Origin: an uncultured virus (IMG/VR IMGVR_UViG_3300006752_000023)
Lineage: Duplodnaviria; Heunggongvirae; Uroviricota; Caudoviricetes
DNA length: 64,000 bases
IMG/VR virus record: IMGVR_UViG_3300006752_000023
Strand: one strand, 5' to 3'
This document shows positions 8,803-18,594 of this stretch, one piece after another. The notes beneath the pieces were generated by a model. That model worked only from the letters and a program-made list of their open reading frames with translations, was not told the origin of the DNA and did no database searches. Numbering within the stretch: the first letter of the stretch is position 1; every line of letters starts with the position of its first letter. Made by a program: the position numbers and the translations under genes.

Positions 8803-9500
8803 ACCCTCCCGAGCATATAGTCTTCTGCTTTCTTAGTTTCACCAGTGACACATGTCATAGCATCAATAGTATGTGAAGGAACAAGATCGGGATGAGCCCA
8901 CCAGTCTTCAAAAGGATGATCGTTATCAACAGAGATATTGTCTGCAATCAATGTATAGCCATATGCCTGAAGATACTCACGAGAAGCATCTCTAACATCA
9001 GTACCGTCATTATACGCATCATGCTCAAATGTAATTGTAGCGAACTTATACTTCTCTAGGTTAATTTTTTTGAGTGCTTCAAAGGTAACTGATGCAGGTT
9101 CACAATCTACCTGAAGATAATCAAAGTTAGGACCAATGCCCAGCTCTTCAAAGAGTTGATCAAAATCTGCAGTAGTAGCATCACCTACAGCAATCTTTGC
9201 ACGGCGATGTTGATTGTATAGTTCTGCTTCATGCTCCTTGATTTCAAATCCAATACCATCCCATGCAAAACGAGACTCAAGAAGAGCAGTGTTGTTAGAG
9301 ATTACTGGATGTCCTGCTCCAATTTCTACAAAGGTTCCCTTAGGCATTCCATCAAGCATGCACAGGACAAACATATCCTGATAACACTGAGAGAAGTTCT
9401 GGTGACTCACCAGTTCAAGTCCATTGAATTTGTAGCGCAGTTCATTTCCTTTATCTACAGTGAAAAAGGTTGGCATTTGCCATGCATTTGGGTCACTCAT
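8799..9500 (-). CDS. FkbM-like SAM-dependent methyltransferase
   Basis: SQCYQD, FVEIGAG, SNNT, DYLQVDCE, ITFEHD, EDWW motifs. Confidence 0.82.
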   Translation of the reverse strand: MSDPNAWQMPTFFTVDKGNELRYKFNGLELVSHQNFSQCYQDMFVLCMLDGMPKGTFVEIGAGHPVISNNTALLESRFAWDGIGFEIKEHEAELYNQHRRAKIAVGDATTADFDQLFEELGIGPNFDYLQVDCEPASVTFEALKKINLEKYKFATITFEHDAYNDGTDVRDASREYLQAYGYTLIADNISVDNDHPFEDWWAHPDLVPSHTIDAMTCVTGETKKAEDYMLGRV

Positions 9501-10195
9501 GTTTGATAAGATGAATTATCTTTGGCTAGGTGTACAATTTTTCTTTGATAGGGATAGTCAGGATAGCATTCTGGGAATGCATAGTCTGGTGAGGCAGCAA
9601 ACACCCTATCGTTATGTTCAATAAAGAATCTATTGAGATGACTTTCATCATGCCATAGAGCAATTATATCATTACTATAATCTTTGTCAACTCTATCTCT
9701 CAAGAGTTTCATCATAGGAATGACTGCTTCCATTTTACCTCCCCATAGGCATCCTTGATAGTATTGAAGGGGTTGTCCTTTTATATAAGCCTCAGATTTA
9801 GGATTAGTTTCAAAGGTTCCTGTACCAGTCATGTAATGACATGGATGATGGACAGCAACAAAGTCCCTATCATCATCAAGAAGTTCTTCAGAGTAAACTA
9901 CTGACTCAACTCTCATGTCAGCATCTAGGAAAAGTAACCAATCATGCTGCTTTAAAAGTTCTTCTGCCTGTAGGATCGTATGAAAGCGTTCCAATGTAAT
10001 TGCAGGCCATTCCTTATGACTGATTTGAACATGAGTAATGTTCTCAGGTATTTCTCCCCCAAGTTCTCCATCGGTAAAGACATAATATTGTTTTTTTAAA
10101 TCAGGAAACAGGAGTTCTTCACAACTCTCATAATATTTTGGAAGAAAATCCAAATACTTATTTGTTCCGATGAAGATAATTGCTGCACTGATCAT
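9497..10195 (-). CDS. Glycosyltransferase family 6 (ABO-type alpha-1,3-Gal/GalNAc transferase)
   Basis: IGTNKY, YYVFTD, FLDAD, YYQGCLWGG, WHDESHLN hallmark motifs. Confidence 0.93.
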   Translation of the reverse strand: MISAAIIFIGTNKYLDFLPKYYESCEELLFPDLKKQYYVFTDGELGGEIPENITHVQISHKEWPAITLERFHTILQAEELLKQHDWLLFLDADMRVESVVYSEELLDDDRDFVAVHHPCHYMTGTGTFETNPKSEAYIKGQPLQYYQGCLWGGKMEAVIPMMKLLRDRVDKDYSNDIIALWHDESHLNRFFIEHNDRVFAASPDYAFPECYPDYPYQRKIVHLAKDNSSYQT

Positions 10196-11001
10196 AGAAT
10201 TTGCCATCCCTCACAATATAAATCTTTGGTATTATTAGTTTGATCCAAAGGAGGTCCAAACCATTTTGATGGAGCGACAACTTTCTTGTGTTCGTTAGTA
10301 GAAAGCCATGCTCCCCACCAACTAAAAGAACTATTAGCAATAATAAAATCACTGCAGAGAGTCATCATACAAAGATCAAGGTACTGATCATTTGTTTCAG
10401 AAACTAGGAATCTATCATTATTAAAAGTCGATTCCTGTAAACACCATTCTGGATCGTCTGAGAATATAATTACTTCCCGGTCAGAATCAAATAGTGTTAA
10501 CGCTTCCTTATAGTAATTTATATCACAAATAGGATGGTGATCATAATGATTGTAATCTGTACGACGGATGTGCAGAGCAATAGGATTTGTCACATCCTTA
10601 ATCATCCTCTTACAAGGTTCTAGATATTCGTCAGTAAATGTAAAATCTTTTAAGAGATCATCTCTAACATTATTAAAATATTTTTCTGATTGAAAAAATC
10701 CCAGCAAGCTCACAAAGTCTGGACAATTATTAAAAAGGTTTTCATCAAAGTGATAAAACTCCTCTCTAACAACAGGACGAGAAGAATCAATGTATTGAAC
10801 TTGAAGAGGGTTCAAAGAATTTAAATTAAAAGGAACAAACAACTGGTGCTCATTCCACTCATCCGCATTACTTTTGAAATTTGATGGGGGAACACAATAA
10901 TTAAACCCCCGATTAGCAGCAATACCTTTTACTGCAGCATACTGAAACATTTGATTGGCAAGACGCTCTTTCATCTTACCAACATAATTAATACCAATCA
11001 T
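10192..11001 (-). CDS. Glycosyltransferase family 11 (alpha-1,2-fucosyltransferase-like)
   Basis: RLANQMFQYA, GFFQSEKYF, HIRRTDY, FSDD, IIANSSFSWWGAWL. Confidence 0.92.
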   Translation of the reverse strand: MIGINYVGKMKERLANQMFQYAAVKGIAANRGFNYCVPPSNFKSNADEWNEHQLFVPFNLNSLNPLQVQYIDSSRPVVREEFYHFDENLFNNCPDFVSLLGFFQSEKYFNNVRDDLLKDFTFTDEYLEPCKRMIKDVTNPIALHIRRTDYNHYDHHPICDINYYKEALTLFDSDREVIIFSDDPEWCLQESTFNNDRFLVSETNDQYLDLCMMTLCSDFIIANSSFSWWGAWLSTNEHKKVVAPSKWFGPPLDQTNNTKDLYCEGWQIL

Positions 11002-11936
11002 CTTGTTTGCAAATCAGTTTGTGCAATATACCAGTCGTAAGTTTTACGAAGACCTTGTAGTAATTTATGGTTCGGCTTCCAACCTTTTTCCAGGAGTTTT
11101 GTATAGTCTAGAGGACGCTTGGGTGTACCATCTGGTTTAGAAGTATCCCATGCAATCTCTCCAGGATATCCAGTTACCTTTGCCATCATCTGTGCTAGTT
11201 CTTTGATAGAAACATCCTCGCCTGATCCTACATTGAGCAACTCTGCACAACTGTAGTTCTCCATAGCAAACATACATGCATCGGCAAGATCATCTACATG
11301 GAGAAACTCTCTACGAGGGGTGCCTGTACCCCAGCAGGTGACCGGTTTATCACCCTGCTGCCAGTTATTAAACTTCTGCATCATCGCGGGGATCACATGC
11401 CCGTTCAGAGGGTGGAAGTTATCGTTAGGACCATACAGGTTAGCAGGCATGAGACTAACACTCTTAAATCCATACTGTTTATAGTAGGACTTGAGCATAT
11501 AGATACCATGAATCTTGGCAAGAGCATATGCATCATTAGTAGGCTCAAGTTCTCCAGACATCAGAGACTCTTCTTGTACAGGAGTCTCGGCAAACTTAGG
11601 ATAGATGCATACACTTCCCAAAAACAAAAACTTTTTAACGCCACTTTTCCAGGCATTGTGAATTAAATTGTTTTGAATCTGAGTGTTCTGATAGATAAAC
11701 TCTGCTGAATAAGTATCGTTAGCGTGAATGCCACCGACACGAGCAGCAGCATCAAATACATAATCAATTTGTTCATAGTCAAAGAAACTTTCTACAGATT
11801 CTTGATCCATAAGATCAAGTTCTTGCCTAGTCCTGGTAATAACTTTAGTGTACCCTTCTTCTTTGAGACGACGAACAATAGCAGACCCAACTAGACCACG
11901 GTGTCCAGCAACAAAAATTTTTGAATCTTTATTCAT
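10998..11936 (-). CDS. fcl: GDP-L-fucose synthase (GDP-4-keto-6-deoxymannose epimerase/reductase)
   Basis: AGHRGLVGSA, AARVGGI, GSVCIYP, YALAK, NLYGPNDNF, HVIPA, REFLHVDD. Confidence 0.95.
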   Translation of the reverse strand: MNKDSKIFVAGHRGLVGSAIVRRLKEEGYTKVITRTRQELDLMDQESVESFFDYEQIDYVFDAAARVGGIHANDTYSAEFIYQNTQIQNNLIHNAWKSGVKKFLFLGSVCIYPKFAETPVQEESLMSGELEPTNDAYALAKIHGIYMLKSYYKQYGFKSVSLMPANLYGPNDNFHPLNGHVIPAMMQKFNNWQQGDKPVTCWGTGTPRREFLHVDDLADACMFAMENYSCAELLNVGSGEDVSIKELAQMMAKVTGYPGEIAWDTSKPDGTPKRPLDYTKLLEKGWKPNHKLLQGLRKTYDWYIAQTDLQTR

Positions 11937-11947
11937 TGTCCTAATCT

Positions 11948-13198
11948 TCACGGTGCAATTACAACTTCAGGTTCTGGTAGAGGGAATAAGAAACGCTTAC
12001 CTTTAAACTTAGGGTTCTTAAGGAAGAACTCTCTGAAGTGCCAAGGAAGAACAATGTGTAGATCATATTCATTCATCATGATATCTTCCTCATCTTTGAT
12101 AGGAATCCATGTACCAGGAGTAAATGATCCATCCTTATCGGGATTAACATCACCAATAGCCTCTACATCGTCAGGACCAATCTCCCATGTTTGAAGAGTC
12201 ACATTACCTTTAGTGCTAGCACCTAAGCAACAAATCTTTGCACCATTTGATTTGTAGAAGTCCATGATCTTCCAGAACTGGTCTTTGCAATCGTTAATAC
12301 GCTCTGCAAAAGCATCCCAAGGTTCTGTCGTATCCAACTTCTCCTCAATTTCCCTAGCAATAACGCCAGTGAGTTTAGTAGTACATTCTTTACGCAGTGA
12401 ATTGATAGTAGGAGTAACCACGATAGAGATGCTTCCACCATTAACAGCATTGAATTCAAAATCAACGATCTTAAATCCTGCTTTATCCATGATGTACTTG
12501 ATCTGCCGCATACCATAGTAGGACAAGTGCTCATGACACACAGTGTCAAAAGAATTTTGCCTCAACATCTCAGGCATGTAGCTCTGCTCAAGCACCCAGA
12601 TACCTTCAGCATCGAGAACTTCATGGACCTGGCGAGCAAACTCACAAGGATCCTCTAGGTCATAGAACATAGAGAACGATGTAACTACCTTAGCTTTCTG
12701 CTTACCAAAGCGATTACGATAGGTATCAGAAGAGAAAAAGTCTGCGATATAATTTACATGCTCAGGAATATAATCCTTGAACTTCTTAGAAGTAGGATCA
12801 ATAGACATGAGCTGTAGATCTGGAGGAAAGAATCCAAGGAAGGTTCCATCATTACCAGCAATATCTACAACGATATCACCAGACTCTAGATTAGTATCTC
12901 CCTTGATCTTCTCTGCCTTCTCACGCAAGTGACGAATCATAGAACCATTCAAACCAGAACGGTATCCATATTCATCACCATACATGGTAGGAAGATCAAA
13001 GGTATGCTCTAGTTGAACATGCCCACAACCACCTTTCCTCTCATCACATTTGACAAGAGCTAAAGGACCCCTGTACATTCCGAAGTCAATGGTTTTTGGA
13101 AAAATACCAGAGAGATACTGATCACCAAGATCAAGCACTGTGATTAGATGTTCGTTACCACAAACTCTACACTTTTCAATTTTGTAAAACTTATTCAT
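11948..13198 (-). CDS. NDP-hexose C-methyltransferase (Zn-binding N-terminus)
   Basis: [47 protein letters not shown]: TylC3/NovU-type C-MT motifs. Confidence 0.88.
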   Translation of the reverse strand: MNKFYKIEKCRVCGNEHLITVLDLGDQYLSGIFPKTIDFGMYRGPLALVKCDERKGGCGHVQLEHTFDLPTMYGDEYGYRSGLNGSMIRHLREKAEKIKGDTNLESGDIVVDIAGNDGTFLGFFPPDLQLMSIDPTSKKFKDYIPEHVNYIADFFSSDTYRNRFGKQKAKVVTSFSMFYDLEDPCEFARQVHEVLDAEGIWVLEQSYMPEMLRQNSFDTVCHEHLSYYGMRQIKYIMDKAGFKIVDFEFNAVNGGSISIVVTPTINSLRKECTTKLTGVIAREIEEKLDTTEPWDAFAERINDCKDQFWKIMDFYKSNGAKICCLGASTKGNVTLQTWEIGPDDVEAIGDVNPDKDGSFTPGTWIPIKDEEDIMMNEYDLHIVLPWHFREFFLKNPKFKGKRFLFPLPEPEVVIAP

Positions 13199-14187
13199 TG
13201 TCCGTAAATACACATGTCTTGTACAAGGTCAGAAAAACTATGTTCTGGTTCCCATCCTAGAACAGTTCTAGCCTTAGTATAATCCCCCAGAAGTTGTTCC
13301 ACTTCTGTCGGGCGGTAATATTTAGGGTTGACACGGATGATGTTTCTGCCCATGTTTTTGCAGTAACCAACCTCGTCTAAACCCTCTCCACGCCATTCAA
13401 TATTGAATCCATAATACTGCGAAGCCTCTTCAATAAACTGTCTGACACTACGCATCTCACCTGTAGCAAGTACGAAGTCATCAGGAGTTTCATGTTGAGA
13501 AATCATCCACATACCACGAACAAAATCCTTAGCATGTCCCCAGTCACGCTGTGCATCCAAGTTACCAAGTTCCAGGACATCCTGTAGTCCACTAGAAATC
13601 TTCGATAGTCCTATAGTAATCTTGCGAGTAACAAAGGTTTCTCCTCTCCTAGGAGACTCATGATTGAATAGGATGCCATTACTAGCATGAATACCATACG
13701 CTTCACGATAGTTTCTGACCATCCAATAAGAGTATAGTTTAGCCACGCCATAAGGAGAGCGGGGATAAAAAGGAGTTGTCTCACTCTGAGGAACTTCCTG
13801 AACAAGTCCATACAGTTCGCTAGTAGATGCCTGATAGAACTTGCAGGGATGATCTAACAGACGAATAGCCTCCAGAAGACGCAAGGTCCCTAGAGCATCA
13901 ACCTGTCCAACATATTCAGGCATCTCAAAGGATACCTTTACATGACTCATGGCACCAAGGTTGTATACCTCGGTTGGTTTAATCTTCTGAATGAGACTGA
14001 TGAGGTTACCTGCATCAGTTAGGTCTCCATAATGGAGATGAATCTTATCGTAGATGTGATCGATACGATGAGTATTAATAAGAGAAGAACGGCGTACAAT
14101 GCCATGAACTTCATATCCTTTTTCAAGGAGAAATTCTGCAAGGTACGAACCGTCCTGTCCTGTAATACCAGTTATTAATGCTATCAT
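13195..14187 (-). CDS. gmd: GDP-mannose 4,6-dehydratase
   Basis: [58 protein letters not shown]. Confidence 0.98.
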   Translation of the reverse strand: MIALITGITGQDGSYLAEFLLEKGYEVHGIVRRSSLINTHRIDHIYDKIHLHYGDLTDAGNLISLIQKIKPTEVYNLGAMSHVKVSFEMPEYVGQVDALGTLRLLEAIRLLDHPCKFYQASTSELYGLVQEVPQSETTPFYPRSPYGVAKLYSYWMVRNYREAYGIHASNGILFNHESPRRGETFVTRKITIGLSKISSGLQDVLELGNLDAQRDWGHAKDFVRGMWMISQHETPDDFVLATGEMRSVRQFIEEASQYYGFNIEWRGEGLDEVGYCKNMGRNIIRVNPKYYRPTEVEQLLGDYTKARTVLGWEPEHSFSDLVQDMCIYGQ

Positions 14188-14595
14188 TTATGCAAAAGAA
14201 ATAGTGTCTTGTCCAGCACCTCCAATCAATCCTCCCATATCTACCATTCCTGCTGCACCAAAAGTAATACCATCAAGAATAGTATCACCAGTAGTGCCAG
14301 TGCTAATAACAGTGTCGTTGAAATTAAAACTAATAGTATCAGAAGATGCGGTGCCAGGGTTGCCGGTTACACTGACGCCATCATTTTCCCAAAAACTTTG
14401 ACTGGAACGAGGAGTATCATCACACTTAAGTGAATCTTTATACGCTGCATCACTCATGGATCTCATTCCAAGATAGTGACGCCAGAGTTCGCTAAGAGTA
14501 TTTGTTTCCTCGTCATTATTTAGTGCAGTAATGACTGCCTCACGAAGAGAGTCTGTTGCTGCTTGATAGTGCTTGTATGTAGAGTTGCAGGACAT
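14188..14595 (-). CDS. Hypothetical protein with low-complexity C-terminus
   Basis: 135-aa ORF abutting gmd. Confidence 0.7.
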   Translation of the reverse strand: MSCNSTYKHYQAATDSLREAVITALNNDEETNTLSELWRHYLGMRSMSDAAYKDSLKCDDTPRSSQSFWENDGVSVTGNPGTASSDTISFNFNDTVISTGTTGDTILDGITFGAAGMVDMGGLIGGAGQDTISFA

Positions 14596-14597
14596 AA

Positions 14598-14879
14598 TTA
14601 ATGATTAGATGATACAGTGTCTGTAGTATAGCATGGTACACCAGCGGGGTCTAGCCACTTAGCATACTCAAAGTCTTCTATAGCAAGGAAGCATTGGTCG
14701 GCATTATCAAAAAGATAGATGTCAGAGTATTTTTTACTGTACTCATCTGCCTTCTGAAGACGCAAGTCAGGTTTACCATTAAGTTGAATGTAACCTTTTT
14801 GCACATAGCGATAAGGATAACGCTCATGAACAACAAGCGTCTTAGTCGATGCTACAGACTTTGGATCAAGATCATTCAT
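14598..14879 (-). CDS. Conserved cyanophage hypothetical protein
   Basis: ERYPYRYV..NGKPD.R, WLDPAGVPCY; tightly packed ORF. Confidence 0.75.
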   Translation of the reverse strand: MNDLDPKSVASTKTLVVHERYPYRYVQKGYIQLNGKPDLRLQKADEYSKKYSDIYLFDNADQCFLAIEDFEYAKWLDPAGVPCYTTDTVSSNH

Positions 14880-15093
14880 TGATAATACCTTCGGTAACTA
14901 GATCAGCGTAGAGACAGTCTAGCAGAATTTCGTAATCATTACAAGGATCGTTTACGAACTTAACACCTTTCTCACGATAATACTTAGTAACTTTACGAAA
15001 TACCTTTGGATACTGATGATCTAAATCAACTTGACCCTCAACGGTATTACGAAGAAGGTTGATGTGCTTCTTGAACTTAGTGGTGACAGACAT
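14872..15093 (-). CDS. Hypothetical protein
   Basis: 73-aa ORF directly downstream of an early-type promoter. Confidence 0.75.
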   Translation of the reverse strand: MSVTTKFKKHINLLRNTVEGQVDLDHQYPKVFRKVTKYYREKGVKFVNDPCNDYEILLDCLYADLVTEGIINE

Positions 15094-15322
15094 TGCTCTG
15101 TTTGATTACCTTGTTATTATAGACCATCTGATCTAACTTGGGTAGTTCAGGTGGACGGTTGTTCCAGTGTCTCATGACACCAGATACAATAAAAGCGTTA
15201 GTGACCATGTAGCTAACAAAAATACTGGTGCGTATGATAGCAACATAATTGTCATATGGAGCTGTCTTGTCGTCACTAAAACTACCAATACTGTACTTCC
15301 ATATGTTCCACACCCTCTTCAT
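15077..15322 (-). CDS. Hypothetical membrane protein
   Basis: WKYSIGSFSDDKT motif plus hydrophobic stretch. Confidence 0.7.
   Translation of the reverse strand: MKRVWNIWKYSIGSFSDDKTAPYDNYVAIIRTSIFVSYMVTNAFIVSGVMRHWNNRPPELPKLDQMVYNNKVIKQSNVCHH
15116..15171 (-). promoter_or_regulatory. Phage early-type promoter (GACAC..AACCGTCCAC-N29-TATAAT)
   Basis: Same architecture and spacing as the element at 52710-52765. Confidence 0.7.
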
Positions 15323-15501
15323 TTAATATCGGGTCCGCGACGATCAAATTTACCAATCTGATATCCTTCACGAATCGCATGCATGATAATATTATCATAA
15401 GAATGCGAACGCAAGGGAATATTTCTATGTAAAAGAAAGTCTTCGCAGTCTTCTGACAATAGTTCTTTTTCTTCGTGAGTGAGATTGTCTAGGTCGATCA
15501 T
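15319..15501 (-). CDS. Hypothetical protein
   Basis: 60-aa ORF with ATGA overlaps on both sides. Confidence 0.65.
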   Translation of the reverse strand: MIDLDNLTHEEKELLSEDCEDFLLHRNIPLRSHSYDNIIMHAIREGYQIGKFDRRGPDIK

Positions 15502-15746
15502 CGTACTTCAAAATTTAGTTTACGAACTTTTCGTTTGCGTCGGTTCTCTTGGTATTCTAAGTCATTTCTAGTGAGAGTATGACTATTCTTAGAATTGTTT
15601 TCAGTTTTTAACAAAACAACTTCGTTAAGATCCATAGCTGTAACTTTGTCACCCAATAATGTCATCATATTTGGGCAACCGCAACTCTGACTCTTGGTTG
15701 AGCTGGTCAATTCTACATTGCAAATTTTGCATCTGACAGATAGCAT
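15498..15746 (-). CDS. Small Zn-ribbon-like protein
   Basis: CKIC..CGC motif, basic C-terminus RRKRKVRKLNFEVR. Confidence 0.72.
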   Translation of the reverse strand: MLSVRCKICNVELTSSTKSQSCGCPNMMTLLGDKVTAMDLNEVVLLKTENNSKNSHTLTRNDLEYQENRRKRKVRKLNFEVR

Positions 15747-15797
15747 GTTTCAATAACTCCTTTATTTCAGATAATTCTTCTTTGATTTTTTGCTTTT

Positions 15798-16454
15798 TCA
15801 CAGAAAGATAACCTCAGTAAATCTGGTAGTGGTTTTAAAAAAATTGTCAACAATTGTCTGTCCATGGAACCATTTTCCAGGAAATACGACTCCGCAATTA
15901 AATCTATCTAAGATACATAACTCTTCTCTAAATTGATCAGATGTTTTCCAAGGATTGTTATGCTCGGTGTCCTTCTTTAAATAAAAAGTTTTTGCTTTTG
16001 TATTAAGAGGAGTATATAATGAAGTGCCAGACTTCATATGGTGATCTGGATTTAGAAAAATAATAAAATTTAATTGACCATCACAATGAGGATGCCAATG
16101 ATAACCCTCTCCAGGTATGTCTTTTAACAATCTAAATTGATTGACAACATGAAATAAATTTTGCAAATCTACTTCAACATTGTAGCTGTTTGCTACACCT
16201 TTGAGCAAGTATTCTCTATGTAAGTCCCATCTACTATCGAATAGTATTTGACCATCCATAAAGTCAGTACCATTTAGAGAATTTTTAACAGATTTGTTAG
16301 TTCTAATACCCTGAATGGAATTTAAATAATCATAAACTCTTTCTGGTCTCTTGTATATATTATCTATAAAGAGTATTTCAGAATCTTTCCAAGGGGTTTT
16401 AGTAATAGCCCATGATTCATTATACTCAAAGTCTTTATTATTAAAAAATTTCAT
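15798..16454 (-). CDS. 2OG-Fe(II) oxygenase-like protein (DUF6445-type)
   Basis: IDNIYKRP, PHCD, SGTSLY, RFNCGVVFPGKWFH, R-x-T. Confidence 0.75.
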   Translation of the reverse strand: MKFFNNKDFEYNESWAITKTPWKDSEILFIDNIYKRPERVYDYLNSIQGIRTNKSVKNSLNGTDFMDGQILFDSRWDLHREYLLKGVANSYNVEVDLQNLFHVVNQFRLLKDIPGEGYHWHPHCDGQLNFIIFLNPDHHMKSGTSLYTPLNTKAKTFYLKKDTEHNNPWKTSDQFREELCILDRFNCGVVFPGKWFHGQTIVDNFFKTTTRFTEVIFL

Positions 16455-16525
16455 GGGAGATACAAGGATCGAACTTGTGACAATCTCGGTGTAAACGAGG
16501 TGCTCTACCGCTGAGCTAATCTCCC
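16454..16525 (-). tRNA. tRNA-Val(TAC)
   Basis: GGGAGATTAGCTCAGCGGTAGAGCACCTCGTT-TAC-ACCGAGATTGTCACAAGTTCGATCCTTGTATCTCCCA cloverleaf; no encoded CCA. Confidence 0.95.
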
Positions 16526-16528
16526 AAG

Positions 16529-16601
16529 CGACTCAGGTTGGGGTCGAACCAACGACCGACTGCTTAGAAGGCAGTTGCTCTATCCACTGAGCTACTGAGT
16601 C
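16529..16601 (-). tRNA. tRNA-Arg(TCT)
   Basis: GACTCAGTAGCTCAGTGGATAGAGCAACTGCCT-TCT-AAGCAGTCGGTCGTTGGTTCGACCCCAACCTGAGTCG. Confidence 0.95.
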
Positions 16602-17197
16602 TTGAACATAAAAGTATAATTAACTCGCCTATTATCTAGGCCGGGTTTCATCGAAACTTTATTTGTTTCATGAAAATATTTGGAGTTGAATATGAGAAGA
16701 CGATTACACGCATAAGGAATAATCGTCTTCTCTGATTTAGTGTACTCCAGATATTTCCGAATCAACTTGACATCGGTATTATACTCACGCCATGTCCATG
16801 TCGGAGGCGGTTTAATATCATAAAGAATCAAACCGTTTTTCTCTGGATCTTCTACAGAAGAGTCTGGAGTGACCCAGAGATTCACATTATAACATGCTGG
16901 ATCAGCATGTGGAGTCACACCTTCGGCATTGTTGTTGTAAACGAATGCCCATCCTCTGGAAAATTTACCAAGGAATGGAAACTTCGCTTGCAACCCTGTT
17001 ATTATAACACCTAATAAAGGAAAGCGCAAGTTGTCTTGATAGAAGTTTAGTGAGTGATAGTCTTCGTAGGTATCATCTGGATCAGAGGCTGTTAAAGCAT
17101 AGTCTCTTAACTCATCAATTACATCTTGTAGAAATATTCCGTCCTCAACTAAAAATCTTTCTTCTTCAATTATCTTCTTTGCAATATTTGAGTGCAT
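16592..17197 (-). CDS. 2OG-Fe(II) oxygenase-like protein
   Basis: HADPA..NVNLW, NRLLIFNSKYFHET, RRVNYT. Confidence 0.8.
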   Translation of the reverse strand: MHSNIAKKIIEEERFLVEDGIFLQDVIDELRDYALTASDPDDTYEDYHSLNFYQDNLRFPLLGVIITGLQAKFPFLGKFSRGWAFVYNNNAEGVTPHADPACYNVNLWVTPDSSVEDPEKNGLILYDIKPPPTWTWREYNTDVKLIRKYLEYTKSEKTIIPYACNRLLIFNSKYFHETNKVSMKPGLDNRRVNYTFMFKTQ

Positions 17198-17687
17198 AAG
17201 TAAACCTATGATCAGATAATAATGGAGTTGCTCTATGCAAAATAGAAGAAGTAAACTTTACCAGAGTATTTGGAATGGGAGGAATACCAATAATTTTTTC
17301 ATCTAAGTAAAATTCAGTACACCCTCCCTCATTCAATCCAGTATACCTAGGATTAGCATAGAAAAGAAAAGTTACTTGATCTTCATCGAGGTCACAATCA
17401 ACATGAAAGTTTGCTGCTTCTCTAGGAGCAAAACAATTGATGTATGCTCGGTATAATTTATACTCTTTTACTTCTGGGAACCTTGCATAAATTAGAGATT
17501 CAAGAATACCAACGATCGTATCATCATCGTCATCTTCTGGGTCCAACTCACAGATCATTCCTGTTGGTTTAGAATCAGAATCATCTTGTTCACCATAAGT
17601 ATACTGACAATCAAAAGCATACTCACTCACCTCCCGAAAATCATCTGGAGTTAGAGCTTTATTAATACTAAGAATACTAGGTTTCAT
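17166..17687 (-). CDS. 2OG-Fe(II) oxygenase (prolyl-hydroxylase-like)
   Basis: RAYINC, FHVD, GGCTEF, HRATP, RFTYA. Confidence 0.85.
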   Translation of the reverse strand: MKPSILSINKALTPDDFREVSEYAFDCQYTYGEQDDSDSKPTGMICELDPEDDDDDTIVGILESLIYARFPEVKEYKLYRAYINCFAPREAANFHVDCDLDEDQVTFLFYANPRYTGLNEGGCTEFYLDEKIIGIPPIPNTLVKFTSSILHRATPLLSDHRFTYALKYCKEDN

Positions 17688-18250
17688 AATACATCGTCAA
17701 GTTTTTGTACTCGCCATACAACAGTGTATCTATACACATAAGGATGCCGTGGTCCAAGACCTCTATGAGGAATTTCAGATGGGAAAACTAATACTCTACC
17801 AGGAACATATTCGTGTTCTTCAATAACATCACCATCATCACCAAACAATTGAAACTGACCTCCCCATTCTTTAGTATCCCATTCCAAGTTCGGCATATAC
17901 ATGATAGTATACTCTCCCTCTTCACCGTCTATATGTGACGAGCCATCACAGAAAGAATGCTGCAAATTAAAATCAATTCTATTAAGATATAATTTTGTTT
18001 CTAGTGCTTCTTCTACTAGATCTAACATTTCAAAGTAAATCTCACAGTCGTTCATGAGATTTACTACTTTGTTTATACTCTCTCGTTCAAATATATTCTC
18101 TCCCATTAATCTATGGGTTCCATTTTCCCCATTAGGAAAAGACTTACCGTTCGCAATATTAATAGCAGTCACTGGTAAGTGGTGGAGGTTTTTTTCCACC
18201 TTGGCCATGTATTCTATACTAAAAAGTTTATCAAAGATTGTTGCTATCAT
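17684..18250 (-). CDS. 2OG-Fe(II) oxygenase (prolyl-hydroxylase-like)
   Basis: HID, EWGGQF, PGRVLVFPSEIPHRG, RYT. Confidence 0.85.
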   Translation of the reverse strand: MIATIFDKLFSIEYMAKVEKNLHHLPVTAINIANGKSFPNGENGTHRLMGENIFERESINKVVNLMNDCEIYFEMLDLVEEALETKLYLNRIDFNLQHSFCDGSSHIDGEEGEYTIMYMPNLEWDTKEWGGQFQLFGDDGDVIEEHEYVPGRVLVFPSEIPHRGLGPRHPYVYRYTVVWRVQKLDDVL

Positions 18251-18386
18251 TTAAATTTCTATTATAAATGACGACTCTACCATTTTCATGAGTAAAAATT
18301 AATTCATCGTCAGGATGCCACATCAACTCTTCGTAAAGAGCATTAAGTTTTTCCATATCCTCATAGAGTTGATTCGGATTCGGCAT
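18231..18386 (-). CDS. Small hypothetical protein
   Basis: ORF track 18231-18416; likely start MPNPNQ at 18386. Confidence 0.65.
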   Translation of the reverse strand: MPNPNQLYEDMEKLNALYEELMWHPDDELIFTHENGRVVIYNRNLNDSNNL

Positions 18387-18594
18387 CTTCACCCTCCTTT
18401 GTTTTATTAAATCCAAATGGACCTGCTGCTTTTTCTTCTAGTGCTACCTTCAGCGCAACACTACCAACAGCTTCCATACATTTGAGAATGTCTTCTGTCT
18501 TAGCACCTTCACCAAGTTCTTTGGCAATGTACCAATACTTAGGCCAGAAAGTTTCTCCTGCCAATTGATAATCTTCAAGTGTTAGTAGTTTCAT
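18361..18594 (-). CDS. Hypothetical protein
   Basis: MKLLTLEDY..FWPKY..GPFGF, coupled to the upstream stop. Confidence 0.7.
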   Translation of the reverse strand: MKLLTLEDYQLAGETFWPKYWYIAKELGEGAKTEDILKCMEAVGSVALKVALEEKAAGPFGFNKTKEGEDAESESTL

